Assembly: GCA_963783305.1 (NCBI GenBank)
Contig: CAWAMW010000002.1
Coordinates: forward strand, 736,001-800,000
DNA from: an uncultured Gemmatimonadales bacterium
Lineage (GTDB): Bacteria > Gemmatimonadota > Gemmatimonadetes > Longimicrobiales > RSA9
Reading direction: 5' to 3'
DNA length: 64,000 nucleotides
Position 1 is the first letter of the stretch. The number at the start of each line of letters is the position of its first letter. Positions 1 through 10,397 of this stretch are shown here, in pieces. Both the position numbers and the translations under genes were made by a program. The notes below the pieces were generated by a model. The model worked only from the letters and a program-made list of their open reading frames with translations. It was not told the DNA's origin and made no database searches.

Positions 1-254
1 GTGCGCGCCCCTGCAGCAGCCGGCGCGGACGCTGGCTCCCGCGGCGGTCGGGGCGGCTGGAATCGAGTTGACACGCGCTAGAGGCCCGGTCTAGGGTTCA
101 GGACCGGCCGGCCCGGCCGGTTTCTCCCTGCTCATCCCCGCCCGCGGCGGGTCCGCCGGCGGTATGGCACGGTTCCGGCCTCGGCTGGGTATCCGAACGT
201 AAGAGCCGGAACGACACCGGATCAAGTCGGCCCCTTCGAAGCAAAGGAGAGGAA

Positions 255-986
255 ATGATCCTGCCCAACGTGCGGGCGTCCTTCGGGCGCGGAGAAGCCA
301 ACGCCATACTCGCCATACTCGGCGATGGCGATTCGGCCACGCGGGAAGCGGCCACCGAGCGGCTCGTGGAGGGCGGGATCGACGCACTCCTGGACGACCC
401 GCGCACCCTCAACGGCGTTCTGACCGGCGACCACGCCGTGCGGCCCGCACTGGCCTTCTACCTCCTCGTCCGCCACGCGCTCCTCGAGAGTGGGATCGAC
501 GACCGTGCCCTCGCCGACTACATCGCCGCCATGCTCGCCGAGTTCGGCCGCGAGGACCGCGCGTACCGCATACAGCCCGATGATCCCGACCGCTATTTCT
601 ACCTCGTGGACCTGCTCGCGGCCATGGAAACGCCCGACGGACGCCGACGGTTTCTCATCCGTGCCCACCTCGGCAACTACGCCCTCTGGCTCAGCGGCAT
701 CTTTCCCGACCATGTGGTGGCCCGCGTCCACCGCCGCGGTGCCCCCGGCATCGATTACTTCGAGGCCATGGGCGCCAGCGGGTTCCGCATGGCCGCCGAC
801 AGCCCCTTCGCCACTCGCCACGGTCTCCAGGACGTGTACCGCACCGCTGCCGATGCCTTCCCCACCCTCCGCATGGCCCTCAACCGGATCGCCGACCGCT
901 ATCTCTTCCCCACCCGCGCCGGGTCCATCGACCGTCTCATCAGGCAGGTCAGTGACGCCTTCGAGAGCGGCCCCAGCGAGCCCTGA
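255..986 (+). CDS. Conserved hypothetical protein (all-helical)
   Basis: 243-aa ORF with a good SD (AAAGGAGAGGAAATG) and high-GC codon usage; no recognisable catalytic motif. Confidence 0.8.
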   Translation: MILPNVRASFGRGEANAILAILGDGDSATREAATERLVEGGIDALLDDPRTLNGVLTGDHAVRPALAFYLLVRHALLESGIDDRALADYIAAMLAEFGREDRAYRIQPDDPDRYFYLVDLLAAMETPDGRRRFLIRAHLGNYALWLSGIFPDHVVARVHRRGAPGIDYFEAMGASGFRMAADSPFATRHGLQDVYRTAADAFPTLRMALNRIADRYLFPTRAGSIDRLIRQVSDAFESGPSEP

Positions 987-1033
987 CGACGCGTGGATCC
1001 CCGAAGACGAACGTAAGGCCGCCCCACACCGTG

Positions 1034-2914
1034 TCAGAGGGCGTCGTCGCGGTCGCTCCCCGGTGACACGCGCTCACCGCACGCGCCGCAGAAACGCCAG
1101 TGGGCGGGTGATCGCGCGCCGCAGCCGCACCGTCGAATGGTCTCGCCACCGCAGTGGGGGCAGAAGGGGTGGTCCCGGGCCACTCGCCCGCCGCACGCCG
1201 GGCACACGGGCGCCTCGTCCGCGAGCAGCGTGAGAAGGGGTCGCACCTCGTCCAGGGTGGTCAGCCCCGCCTCGACCTTTCTCCACGCATCCACGGGAAG
1301 CGGCACCATCCCCGCCGCGGCCGCGGCCTCCCGGACGTGATCCACGGGCGCGTCCGCGAGGATCAGCTCACGGATGACGGCATCGACACGAAGCAGCTCG
1401 AATATGCCGACCCGGCCGCGGTAGCCCGTGTCATTGCAGCGGTCGCATCCCACGGCGGCAGGGAGGTGCGTGGGGGTGGGGAGGCCGAGGTCCTGGAACA
1501 CGTCTCCGGTCACGGGGACGGCCGTCCGGCAATCGGGGCAGAGGCGCCGCACCAGCCGTTGCGCCAGCACCCCTGCGAGCCCGCCGGCGACCAGGTACCG
1601 TGCGGCCCCCAGCTCCACGAGCCGGGACACGGCGCTGGCGGCGTCGTTGGTGTGCAGCGTGGTCAGCACGAGGTGACCGGTCAGTGCGGCCGCGAGCCCC
1701 ACCTCGGCCGTCTCGCGGTCCCGCATCTCGCCCACCATCACCACGTCGGGGTCCTGACGCAGCACCGCCCGGAGCGCGGCCGCGAACGTGAGTCCCGCCC
1801 GCGGTTGCACCTGCACCTGCGTCACCCCCTCGACCCGGTATTCCACCGGGTCCTCCAGCGTCACGATGTTGCGGCCGACCCGGTCTCTCGACTGGAGCGC
1901 CGCATAGAGCGTGGTGCTCTTCCCGCTGCCCGTCGGGCCGGTGACCAGAAAGAGTCCGTGCTCTCGACCCAGCGCGGTATCGAGGCCCGCGCGAAGCTCC
2001 CCGACGATCCCCAGGGCTTCCAGCGACCGCGTAGCGCCGCGGGGGTCCAGCAGCCGCAGAACCACCTTCTCGCCTTCCTGGTTCGGCAGCGTGCTCACGC
2101 GCACTCCCACCCGCGCTTCCCCCACCCGGATCGAGCTACGGCCATCCTGCGGCGATCTTTTGATGGCGATGTCCAGGCCCGCCATGATCTTCAGCCGCGA
2201 GACCACCGCAAGCGCGGCGGGTCGCGGCACCTCGAGGACCTCACGGAGCACACCGTCCACCCGGGCCCGCACCACCAGCCGCTCCCGACGCGGCTCCACG
2301 TGAACATCGCTGGCGCCGAGCGTCACCGCGCGATCCAGGACCAGATTCACCAGGGCGATGATCGGCGGCGCCTCCGACGCCTGTCTCAGCACGTCTGCTT
2401 GTTCGGCACCCCCGACCACCGCCGCCCCATCGCCGGCTCCGCCAGTCCGCTGCGCCCCGGCGGTACCCAGGCGGCGGAGCACGCTTCGCACGGCCTCCTG
2501 ACCGTAGGCGGCCACGAGCCCCCGCTCCACGGCCGCCTCGGAGGCCACAAGCGGCTCCACCCGGCGCCCCGTCCGGAACTGCAGATCGTCCAGTGCGCCC
2601 GCGTCCAGCGGATCCGCCATGGCCAATCGGAGGAGCCGCCCCGCCAGCGCCAGCGGCACGACCCGAAACCGCAGCGCCTGCTCCCGGGGCAGGAGAAGAG
2701 CGGCTTCCTCCGACGGCTGAAGCGGCGGCGGCGCGTACGCGAGGCGGAGCTGCCGCGCCAGCGCACGCGCCACGGCCTCCGGGTCCACGCCCCCCCGGGC
2801 GAGAATCACCCCCAGCCGCTCCCGCGTTTCCCGCTGCTCCGCGAGCGCTTCGTCCACCCGCCCCGCAGCGACGACGCCGTCTTCGATCAGGATCTGCCCG
2901 AGCATGGTCGCCAT
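1034..2914 (-). CDS. GspE/PilB-family secretion/pilus ATPase with N-terminal MshEN domain and C-terminal double zinc ribbon
   Basis: Walker A GPTGSGKSTT, TLEDPVEY, LRQDPDVVMVGEMRD, TTLHTN; N-terminal LGQILIEDGVV..RLGVIL; C-terminal CPACG/CPHCG/CGCG/CGACG; start placed at MATMLG. Confidence 0.92.
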   Translation of the reverse strand: MATMLGQILIEDGVVAAGRVDEALAEQRETRERLGVILARGGVDPEAVARALARQLRLAYAPPPLQPSEEAALLLPREQALRFRVVPLALAGRLLRLAMADPLDAGALDDLQFRTGRRVEPLVASEAAVERGLVAAYGQEAVRSVLRRLGTAGAQRTGGAGDGAAVVGGAEQADVLRQASEAPPIIALVNLVLDRAVTLGASDVHVEPRRERLVVRARVDGVLREVLEVPRPAALAVVSRLKIMAGLDIAIKRSPQDGRSSIRVGEARVGVRVSTLPNQEGEKVVLRLLDPRGATRSLEALGIVGELRAGLDTALGREHGLFLVTGPTGSGKSTTLYAALQSRDRVGRNIVTLEDPVEYRVEGVTQVQVQPRAGLTFAAALRAVLRQDPDVVMVGEMRDRETAEVGLAAALTGHLVLTTLHTNDAASAVSRLVELGAARYLVAGGLAGVLAQRLVRRLCPDCRTAVPVTGDVFQDLGLPTPTHLPAAVGCDRCNDTGYRGRVGIFELLRVDAVIRELILADAPVDHVREAAAAAGMVPLPVDAWRKVEAGLTTLDEVRPLLTLLADEAPVCPACGGRVARDHPFCPHCGGETIRRCGCGARSPAHWRFCGACGERVSPGSDRDDAL

Positions 2915-3097
2915 GCCCGACGGTGTACCCTGAGCCGGGGCATGGGAATGGCTCGACCGGCCAGGATAAACGCGCTTCCCCTGCGGCAGTGACACGAGAC
3001 GGCGCGGCCGGTATTCTGCGGTTGAGCGCGCGGGCCGGCGGCACGCACCGTGCCCTCGCAAACCGCTGCGCTCGATCTACTCCCCGAGACACCCGCA

Positions 3098-4009
3098 ATG
3101 ATACGCACTCACGCACTCGGCAAGGCGTACGGCAGCCGCGCCCGCGCGGTCACCGCTCTGCGCGATGTATCACTGGAGCTGACTCCGGGAGTATGGGGGG
3201 TGGTGGGCCCGAACGGCGCCGGCAAGACCACGCTCCTGGGACTCATCCTGGGGTTCCTCCACCCGTCGGAAGGCACCGTGCGGATCGACGGACGATCTCC
3301 CCGCCGCTACCTCCGGGAGCACGGCGCCGCCTACCTCCCGGAGCGCTTCCGACTCCCGCCCGCCTGGCCCGTCCGCACCGCCCTGCGATCCCTTGCCCGC
3401 CTCGACGGCCTGAGTCCGGGCACCGCCCCAGCGCGCGTCGATGCGGCGATCGAGCGTATGGGGCTGGAAAGCCACGCCGATCGTCCCGTGGGCGCACTTT
3501 CCCGTGGACTCAATCAGCGGGTGGGGCTGGCGCAGGCGCTCGTAACGGACCGGCCGCTGGTGGTCCTGGACGAACCCACGGAGGGGCTGGACCCGCTCTG
3601 GCGGATCCGGTTCCGCGAGGCCGTGGAGGAGCTCCGAACCCCCGACCGCGTCGTGCTCCTCGCCAGCCACGACCTGGCGGAGGTCGAGCGGCTGGCAGAC
3701 CGCGTGATCCTCCTCGACGACGGCCAGGTCACCGACCTGATGGATCCCCGCCAGCCAGCCGCCGGTCCGCTGCGCTTCCGGCTCACGGTTCGGGCCGACG
3801 CCGAGGCGTTGCGCACAGCCTTCCCGGCGGCGGAGCTCGAGCCCGACGCCGCCGGCGAGCCGCTTGAAGTCCTGGTGCGGGTGGTGGATGCCACCGAGCT
3901 GTCCCACCGGCTCGCGGCGCTCCTGGACTCCGGCGCGATCGTCCACGCCGTCACGCCCCTGACGGACGACCTGGAAACGCGCGTGCGGCAGCGCCTGGAG
4001 GACGTGTGA
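3098..4009 (+). CDS. ABC transporter ATP-binding protein (ABC-2 exporter type)
   Basis: GPNGAGKTT, LSRGLNQR signature, VVLDEPTEGLDP, SHDL. Confidence 0.92.
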   Translation: MIRTHALGKAYGSRARAVTALRDVSLELTPGVWGVVGPNGAGKTTLLGLILGFLHPSEGTVRIDGRSPRRYLREHGAAYLPERFRLPPAWPVRTALRSLARLDGLSPGTAPARVDAAIERMGLESHADRPVGALSRGLNQRVGLAQALVTDRPLVVLDEPTEGLDPLWRIRFREAVEELRTPDRVVLLASHDLAEVERLADRVILLDDGQVTDLMDPRQPAAGPLRFRLTVRADAEALRTAFPAAELEPDAAGEPLEVLVRVVDATELSHRLAALLDSGAIVHAVTPLTDDLETRVRQRLEDV

Positions 4010-4797
4010 GCGACGGCGCGAGCTCTACGGCCAGGGTGCGGGCTGCCTTCCGGCTGGCGGGGCTCGAGCTGCTGGCGCGGCGTCGTCGGATCATGGCGCT
4101 GCTGGCGTTTGCGGGCGTCTTCCTCGCCGCGGCCGCCACCGCCGCCGCGCTGGGGCGGGAGGCGGACCACGTGGAAATGGACACCCTCTACCAGATCGGC
4201 GGCTACCCGCTGATCTCCGGGCTGATCCTTACCGGCTGGCTGATCGGACGGTTCCCGCTGGTGGCGACGCTCGTGATGCTGAGCGGAGTCGTCGCCCACG
4301 ACCGGGAGACCGGGCACGCGCGGATGCTCGCGGCCCGGCCCGTTTCACCAACGCTGCTCTACGGCGCCCGGTTCCTCGTGCTTGCCGGCCTGGCGTTCGC
4401 CCTCTCGGCCGTGCTCATGCCGCTCTTCGACCTGATCATGCTGGGGCGCTGGGGCGGCGGCGCCACCCTCATCCTCATCCTGGCGCATGTCCTCGTATGG
4501 GGGGGACTGACCGCGCTCCTCTCTACGCTGACCGGCCTCGACGCGTGGCTCACGCTCCTCCTGGCGATCTTCGCCATGGTTTGGGCGTCCCTCACCCGCG
4601 CGGCACTGGTGCCACTGCCTCCGCCCATCGCCGAGGGCCTCACCTTCATCCTGCCACCCGTGCGCCAGCTCTTCGCCCTGGAATCGGCCTTCGCCGACGT
4701 GGAGCCCGTTCCCTGGGGCGACTTCTGGTTCGCCGCGGGCTACGGAGTCCTCGCACTCGTAATCGCGGCCTGGCTGCTACGCCGGCGGGAGATCTGA
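4006..4797 (+). CDS. ABC-2 type transporter permease
   Basis: About 6 TM segments, DRETGHARMLAARPVS loop, C-terminal RRREI; GTGA overlap with the ATPase gene. Confidence 0.85.
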   Translation: MSDGASSTARVRAAFRLAGLELLARRRRIMALLAFAGVFLAAAATAAALGREADHVEMDTLYQIGGYPLISGLILTGWLIGRFPLVATLVMLSGVVAHDRETGHARMLAARPVSPTLLYGARFLVLAGLAFALSAVLMPLFDLIMLGRWGGGATLILILAHVLVWGGLTALLSTLTGLDAWLTLLLAIFAMVWASLTRAALVPLPPPIAEGLTFILPPVRQLFALESAFADVEPVPWGDFWFAAGYGVLALVIAAWLLRRREI

Positions 4798-5763
4798 ACC
4801 CGGGCGCGCGGGCGACCCGAGACCCAGCGCCCTGAGGATCTCGGCAGGGACATCCCACAGGTGCTTCAGCCGCTGCGCCACCGCCTCATGATCGGACCCC
4901 GCCAGGAGCCCCAGCGCCGGGTTCCGCGTGTGCTCACGGTTCACGTCCTCCACGTTCCCGTGGTCGCTGGCCACCACCAGGAGCGCATCGGTCGGGAGCG
5001 TCTCCAGCACGCCGCCGAGGAACGCGTCCACCCGTTCGAGCGCGGCCACCGCCTCCTCCCAGCTGCCCCGGTGGCCGACGTAATCCGGGGTGTAGTGCGC
5101 GAAGAGCGTGAGGTCATGACGACTCGCAATGCGCGCCAGCGTGCGGCCGGCCTCCTCCGGTGTGGGCGTGGGCAGCCCCGTCCGCCCCAGTCTCCCGATC
5201 CAGCCGTCGTTGGTGATCTCGCTGGCCACGGCATCCCCGCGCTCGAGCGCCGGCGTGCGCCGGGTCAGCACGCCGGCGCCCAGCGCGGCTATCGGCGGCC
5301 CCGCCCGCAGCGGACCCAGGCGTCGGGACCGGAGCGCGTCGAGGAGGGGAACGTCCCGCGGAATGCGGTCGAGCAGCTCCTCTGGGTACGCGTTGGCGAA
5401 CGCCACACTGCGGCCCGCTTCCCGGGCGAGCGCCAGCAGGCTCCGCTCCGCGACGAGGGCGCGCAGCGACGTCGGCACCCACGGGCCGTAGTGCCGGCCG
5501 AACCGCTTCACCGCGTCCTCGCCCGTGAGCAGCGTCGCGTGGCCCGTGCCGCTCTGCGGCGTGCCCGCCGCGCCATGGGTCGCGTCCACCCCCACCAGGC
5601 TTCCGTCCGCACCGGAATACGGCGCCGTGTCCGCGAACGGGCGGCCCCCGCCCAGCAGCGACTCGATCGTGGGGAGCCGCGCGGCGGTGAACGGGTTGGC
5701 GTCGGTCGGCGGGCCGAGGCCCACGCCGTCCACGAAGACGAACAGCACGCGGGTGACGATCAT
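4777..5763 (-). CDS. Alkaline-phosphatase-superfamily metalloenzyme (phosphoglycerate mutase/phosphopentomutase-like)
   Basis: FVDGVGLG, PQSGTG, DYVGH and ASDHGN metal-binding motifs. Confidence 0.85.
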   Translation of the reverse strand: MIVTRVLFVFVDGVGLGPPTDANPFTAARLPTIESLLGGGRPFADTAPYSGADGSLVGVDATHGAAGTPQSGTGHATLLTGEDAVKRFGRHYGPWVPTSLRALVAERSLLALAREAGRSVAFANAYPEELLDRIPRDVPLLDALRSRRLGPLRAGPPIAALGAGVLTRRTPALERGDAVASEITNDGWIGRLGRTGLPTPTPEEAGRTLARIASRHDLTLFAHYTPDYVGHRGSWEEAVAALERVDAFLGGVLETLPTDALLVVASDHGNVEDVNREHTRNPALGLLAGSDHEAVAQRLKHLWDVPAEILRALGLGSPARPGSDLPPA

Positions 5764-5836
5764 GGGCGGAAAGTAGCCGCCCCCGGCAGGCCGACAAAGT
5801 CGTTGATCCGCTGGGGATCTGCGTTAACATGGTGCC

Positions 5837-6880
5837 ATGCCCATAACCGAGAAGGACATCGCGGCGCTGCTCGAGGATGGCGTTATCGACGACGCAGCGG
5901 CGGCACGGATCCGGACGTGGACGACCGCCGCCCCGGACCGATCGCCGAGCTCACCGTTCGACATCGCCCACGCCGCGTACTATCTCGGGGCGCTCGTCAT
6001 CCTGTTCGCCCTCGGGTGGTTCGCGGTGGAAGCCTGGGAGCGCTACGGCGGCTGGCCGCTGGCGGGCGTCGCCGTCGCCTACGCCGCCCTCTTCGCCAAC
6101 CTCGGCGAGGGGTTGTGGCGGCGCGGCTGGAGGGTGCCCGGAGGACTGCTGTTCACGGCCGCCGTGGGCATGGCGCCACTCCTGGCGTTCGCCGTTCAGG
6201 CCGGGCTCGGCATCTGGCCCGACTCGGGGCCGGGCACCACCCCCGGCTACTACGCGTCGGTGGACGGGCACGTCATCGTCATCGCGCTGACCACCGTGGC
6301 CGCCGCGCTCATCGCCATCCGACTCCGCCCCTTCTCCTTCCATGGCGCTCCGCTGGCCATCGCGCTCCTGGTCCTGGCCATGGACGTCGGCGAGATCCTC
6401 CTCCCGCAGGCCGCCTCCACGAACCGGGACATGATTACCCTCGTCGTGGGGCTGCTGATCATGGGCGCCGGGTACCTGGTCGACCATCGGACCCGGGAGG
6501 ACTACGCCTTCTGGCTTTACCTGGGGGGGCTCATGGCGTTCTTCTTCCCCGCGTTCGACGAGATCCGCGAGACCCTGGCCTTCGGGATCATCCACCTCTC
6601 CTTCATGCTCGTGGCCGTGCTCATTCAGCGGCGCGCGTTCATGGTGGTGGGCGGCGTGGGGCTGTTCACCTATCTCGTGTACCTGGCGGGCGACCTCTTC
6701 CGCGAGTCGCTCCTCTTCCCCGTGGCCCTATCCGGGATCGGACTGATCCTGATCTTCGGCGGGGTCGCGTATGCCAGGCGGGAGGACCGGATCCGGGAGT
6801 GGATCATGCGACGACTCCCTCCCGGCGCCGCGGCCGCACTCCCCCAGAACCGACGACCCGCCAGCCCCCACGCGCCATAA
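5837..6880 (+). CDS. DUF2157-like polytopic membrane protein
   Basis: N-terminal LLEDGVIDDAAAARI helix followed by about 10 hydrophobic segments. Confidence 0.75.
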   Translation: MPITEKDIAALLEDGVIDDAAAARIRTWTTAAPDRSPSSPFDIAHAAYYLGALVILFALGWFAVEAWERYGGWPLAGVAVAYAALFANLGEGLWRRGWRVPGGLLFTAAVGMAPLLAFAVQAGLGIWPDSGPGTTPGYYASVDGHVIVIALTTVAAALIAIRLRPFSFHGAPLAIALLVLAMDVGEILLPQAASTNRDMITLVVGLLIMGAGYLVDHRTREDYAFWLYLGGLMAFFFPAFDEIRETLAFGIIHLSFMLVAVLIQRRAFMVVGGVGLFTYLVYLAGDLFRESLLFPVALSGIGLILIFGGVAYARREDRIREWIMRRLPPGAAAALPQNRRPASPHAP

Positions 6881-6941
6881 ACACACACTGAACGCGAACC
6901 GGCCCGGCAACGGCTAACGCCGCCCCCGGGCCGGACGCCCC

Positions 6942-6988
6942 CTCCTACTCCTACTCCTACTCCTACTCCTACTCCTACTCCTACTCCT
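6942..6988. repeat. Hexanucleotide microsatellite (CTCCTA)x7
   Basis: Seven perfect copies plus a partial; on the minus strand it reads GAG-TAG repeated, starting at the stop of the upstream hydrolase gene. Confidence 0.95.
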
Positions 6989-9900
6989 CGGCCTCCTCCT
7001 CCGGGATCATCTTCTCCTCCACGGGCGCCATCCCTCGCGCGTCCAGGAGCTGATTGAATCTCCGCAGGTCATCCTCGAGGACCCCATCGAGGCGCTCCAG
7101 CTGTCCGGTGAGCAGGCCTGACAGCAGATCGAACACCTCGTACGACTGCTCCGTCGGCCGCCCCTCCGAGCTCTGCACCACTCCCAGCAGCGCGCCGATC
7201 CGGTTGTTCAGCTTGATCGGGTAGTTCAGCGGGTCTTGACGGCTCTCGTTCCTCACCTGGTAGATCTCTCCCTCCACGGCGTTCAGGCGCGCCCTCAGCT
7301 GCTCGGCCGCCGCCGCGAGCTCTGCGTCCTCCGGCCGCGCTTCCACCCGCGCTTCCACCTGCTCCTCGATCCCGCGGATGAGGCGGATGGCGTCGTTGGC
7401 CGCCGTCAATCGGTCCCGGATCTCCATGGAGAACCGGAACTGCTCCGCCAGGTCGGCCTGCGTCACCTCGGGCAGCCGCGGGTCCTTCTCGATACGGAAC
7501 GTGCGCTCGAGCGTGCGACCGTCGGCCACCAGGCGGACCCTGTACTCTCCCGGCGCGGCCCGCGGGCCGAACCTCGTGCTCGCGGCCCACAGGATCATGT
7601 CCGGGAACTCCGTTGCCCCCGGGTACCGCAGGTTCCAGTCGAACGTGTGGAGGCCCTCGTCCATGGCGAGCTTCGGCGCCGCCGACTCCCACCACGGCCG
7701 GTCCTCCTCCTCCTCCTCGTCTTCCTCCTCCGCCGCGGGCTCCGCCTCGTAGCTCTGAATCACCGCTCCGCTCGGGTCGAGGATCTCCACCCTGAGCTGA
7801 TCCGCCGGCTCGTCCAGCAGGTACGCCAGCCGCAGGGTGCTCGCGACGCCCAGAACGGGGTCCGCCGGCTGGAACAGGTGCACATCGCCGGCGGCCGCAA
7901 CGTCGCCCAGCTGCCGCAGCGGTTCGATGTCATCCATGATCCAGAAGCCGCGGCCGTGGCTGCCCACCACCAGGTCGTGGTCCTCCACCACCAGGTCCGA
8001 GACCTGAACCACCGGCAGGTTCCGCGACAGCGACTGCCAGCTGCCGCCATCATTCCAGGAGATCCAGACCCCCTTCTCCGTTCCCATGTACAGAAGCCCG
8101 CGCCGCACCGGATCCTCGCGCACCACGCGCGTGAAATCACCCGTCGGGATCCCGGCCGTGATGTCCGTCCAGCTCCGGCCGCAGTCCGAGGTGCGGTAGG
8201 CGTAGGGCTCCAGGTCGCTCAGCAGGTAGCGGTTCCCCGCCACGTACGCGGCGCACGGGTCGTGCGGCGACGCGTCGATCATGCTCACCCGCGTGTGTTC
8301 CGGCATGGCGGGGGGCGTGACGTCCGTCCAGGACGCCCCGCCATCCCGGGTGACGTGCACCAGCCCGTCATCCGAGCCCGCCCAGAGCGTTCCCTCGTCC
8401 AGCGGCGATGGGGCGAGGCTGAAGATGGTGGCGTAGGTCTCCACGCCCGTCTGGTCGCGGGTGATGGGACCGCCGCTCGGGCCCATGGTCATGGAGTCCG
8501 CGCGCGTCAGGTCCGGGCTGATCCGCTCCCAGCTCTGGCCCCGGGTCGTCGTGCGCCACACGTGCTGCGACGTGGCGTAGAGCGTGTTCGGGTCGTGCGG
8601 CGAGAACACGATCGGGAACGTCCACTGGAACCGCTCCGCGATGTCCTCCGACGAGTAGCCCATCGGGTTGTCCGGCCACACCCGCACGTCCGCGCTCAGC
8701 CCCGTCCCGCGGTCGTAGCGGTTCAGGTAGCCGCCGTAGCTGCCGCCGTAGGTGACCCCCGGCTGGAGCGGGTGCGGCGCGATGTAGCCGCTTTCTCCGC
8801 CCGCCACGCTGTAGAACTCATCCCGGCCGCCATCGCTCGGCATGCAGACCGTGCTGTTGTCCTGCTGCGCACCGCACACGTGGTACGGGATGTCGTTGGT
8901 CGTGATCACGTGGTACATCTGGGCCGTGCTGTAATCCTGGTCGGTCCAGCTGCGGCCCCCGTTCACCGTCACGTTCGCGCCCCCGTCGTTCCCTTCCACC
9001 ATGCGCTCGTTGTCGCTGGAGGAGATCCACAGGTCGTGGTTGTCGCCGTGCGGCACCCGGATCGTCTCGAACTCGTGACCGCCGTCGTCGGAGCGGAAGA
9101 ACTGCACGTTCACCACGTAGACCCGGTCCTTGTCCTGCGAGTCGGCGTAGATCCGGGTGTAGTAGAAGGCCCGCTGCCGCATGTTGCGGTCTTCGCTGCT
9201 CCGCTCCCATGTGGCGCCGGCGTCATCGCTCACGAACACGCCCCCGCTGTCGGCCTCGATGATCGCGTACACGCGACTCGGATCCACCGGCGACACGCTG
9301 ACTCCGATGTTGCCGAGCAAGCCCTCGGGGATCCCGGGGTTGTCGCTCAGCCGGTCCCAGCTGCCACCGCCATTCGTGGTCTTGTAGAGACCGCTCCCGG
9401 GTCCTCCGCTCTTCAAGCCCCACGGCTTCCGCCACACGTCCCACATGGCGGCGTACGCCGTGCCCGGGTTCGACGGGTCCAGGCTCAGGTCCACCGCGCC
9501 CGTGTTCTCGTCGACGTACAGGACGCGCTCCCAGCTCTCACCGCCATCGGTGGAGCGATAGACTCCGCGGTCCTCGTTCGGGCCGCCGTAATGGCCCAGC
9601 GCGGCCACCCACACGGTGTTGCAGTCCGTCGGATCGATCCGCACGCGACCAATGTTGCGCGCTTCCTTCAGCCCCGCGTGCGTCCACGTCTTGCCGCCGT
9701 CCGTGCTCCGGTACACGCCGTCGCCCGGCTGCACGTTCCCCCGCAGCTGGACCTCACCCGTCCCCAGCCATACGACGTCGGGATCCAGCCCGCACACGTC
9801 CACCGCGCCTACGCTGGCGCTCCCCAGCTGCTGGTCCGTCACCGGGCGCCAGGTCGTGCCGCCGTCGGTGGTCTTCCAGAGCCCGCCGCCCGTGGCGCCG

Positions 9901-10124
9901 AAATAGTACTCGAGCGGCCGCGCGTCGCTGCCCGCCACTGCGATGGATCGGCCGCCCCGATCGGGGCCCAGGTTGCGCCAGGTGAACGGCTCCAGCAGGT
10001 CCGCGTCCACCGCCTGCTGGGCAGCCCGGTCCTGCGCGACCGTCACGCTGGGCGCGCAGCCCGATACGGCAAGAGCCAGGAGTGCCGCCCAGAAGGTCGG
10101 GCGCGGAATACGGGATGGAGGCAT
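6981..10124 (-). CDS. Secreted VPS10/BNR-repeat beta-propeller glycosyl hydrolase-like protein
   Basis: Signal peptide, WRNLGPDRGGRS, many S/TxDGGxTW Asp-boxes, HGDNHDLW; start placed at MPPSRI. Confidence 0.9.
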   Translation of the reverse strand: MPPSRIPRPTFWAALLALAVSGCAPSVTVAQDRAAQQAVDADLLEPFTWRNLGPDRGGRSIAVAGSDARPLEYYFGATGGGLWKTTDGGTTWRPVTDQQLGSASVGAVDVCGLDPDVVWLGTGEVQLRGNVQPGDGVYRSTDGGKTWTHAGLKEARNIGRVRIDPTDCNTVWVAALGHYGGPNEDRGVYRSTDGGESWERVLYVDENTGAVDLSLDPSNPGTAYAAMWDVWRKPWGLKSGGPGSGLYKTTNGGGSWDRLSDNPGIPEGLLGNIGVSVSPVDPSRVYAIIEADSGGVFVSDDAGATWERSSEDRNMRQRAFYYTRIYADSQDKDRVYVVNVQFFRSDDGGHEFETIRVPHGDNHDLWISSSDNERMVEGNDGGANVTVNGGRSWTDQDYSTAQMYHVITTNDIPYHVCGAQQDNSTVCMPSDGGRDEFYSVAGGESGYIAPHPLQPGVTYGGSYGGYLNRYDRGTGLSADVRVWPDNPMGYSSEDIAERFQWTFPIVFSPHDPNTLYATSQHVWRTTTRGQSWERISPDLTRADSMTMGPSGGPITRDQTGVETYATIFSLAPSPLDEGTLWAGSDDGLVHVTRDGGASWTDVTPPAMPEHTRVSMIDASPHDPCAAYVAGNRYLLSDLEPYAYRTSDCGRSWTDITAGIPTGDFTRVVREDPVRRGLLYMGTEKGVWISWNDGGSWQSLSRNLPVVQVSDLVVEDHDLVVGSHGRGFWIMDDIEPLRQLGDVAAAGDVHLFQPADPVLGVASTLRLAYLLDEPADQLRVEILDPSGAVIQSYEAEPAAEEEDEEEEEDRPWWESAAPKLAMDEGLHTFDWNLRYPGATEFPDMILWAASTRFGPRAAPGEYRVRLVADGRTLERTFRIEKDPRLPEVTQADLAEQFRFSMEIRDRLTAANDAIRLIRGIEEQVEARVEARPEDAELAAAAEQLRARLNAVEGEIYQVRNESRQDPLNYPIKLNNRIGALLGVVQSSEGRPTEQSYEVFDLLSGLLTGQLERLDGVLEDDLRRFNQLLDARGMAPVEEKMIPEEEAEE

Positions 10125-10397
10125 CAGAGCATCCTTGTGGTTGTGTGGGTAGTGAGGAGGCCTAGAGTGGCCGCCGAGCCGAGGGGGTGTCAAGCGAGCG
10201 GACCCGCGATACACGCCATCGGCTGGCGCAGCAATCGTCCCTTCGCTGACGCCCCAGCGTCCGCGAGCGTTGCGGAAGCCGCTCGCCGGGGCCCCGGCCT
10301 TGCGCCGATCCATTCACAACCGCAGCCTGAACACCTGACCATGCCCGGTGTAGATGGGTGCGTCCGGATCTGAGTGCCAGGCAACCAACGAGGAACC

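Noticed and set aside
7236..10373. Long antisense and alternative-frame ORFs (e.g. 1045 aa at 7236-10373, 612 aa at 1154-2992, 643 aa at 35650-37581)
   Set aside because: Shadow ORFs typical of high-GC DNA; they overlap well-supported genes and have Arg/Pro/His-skewed composition.
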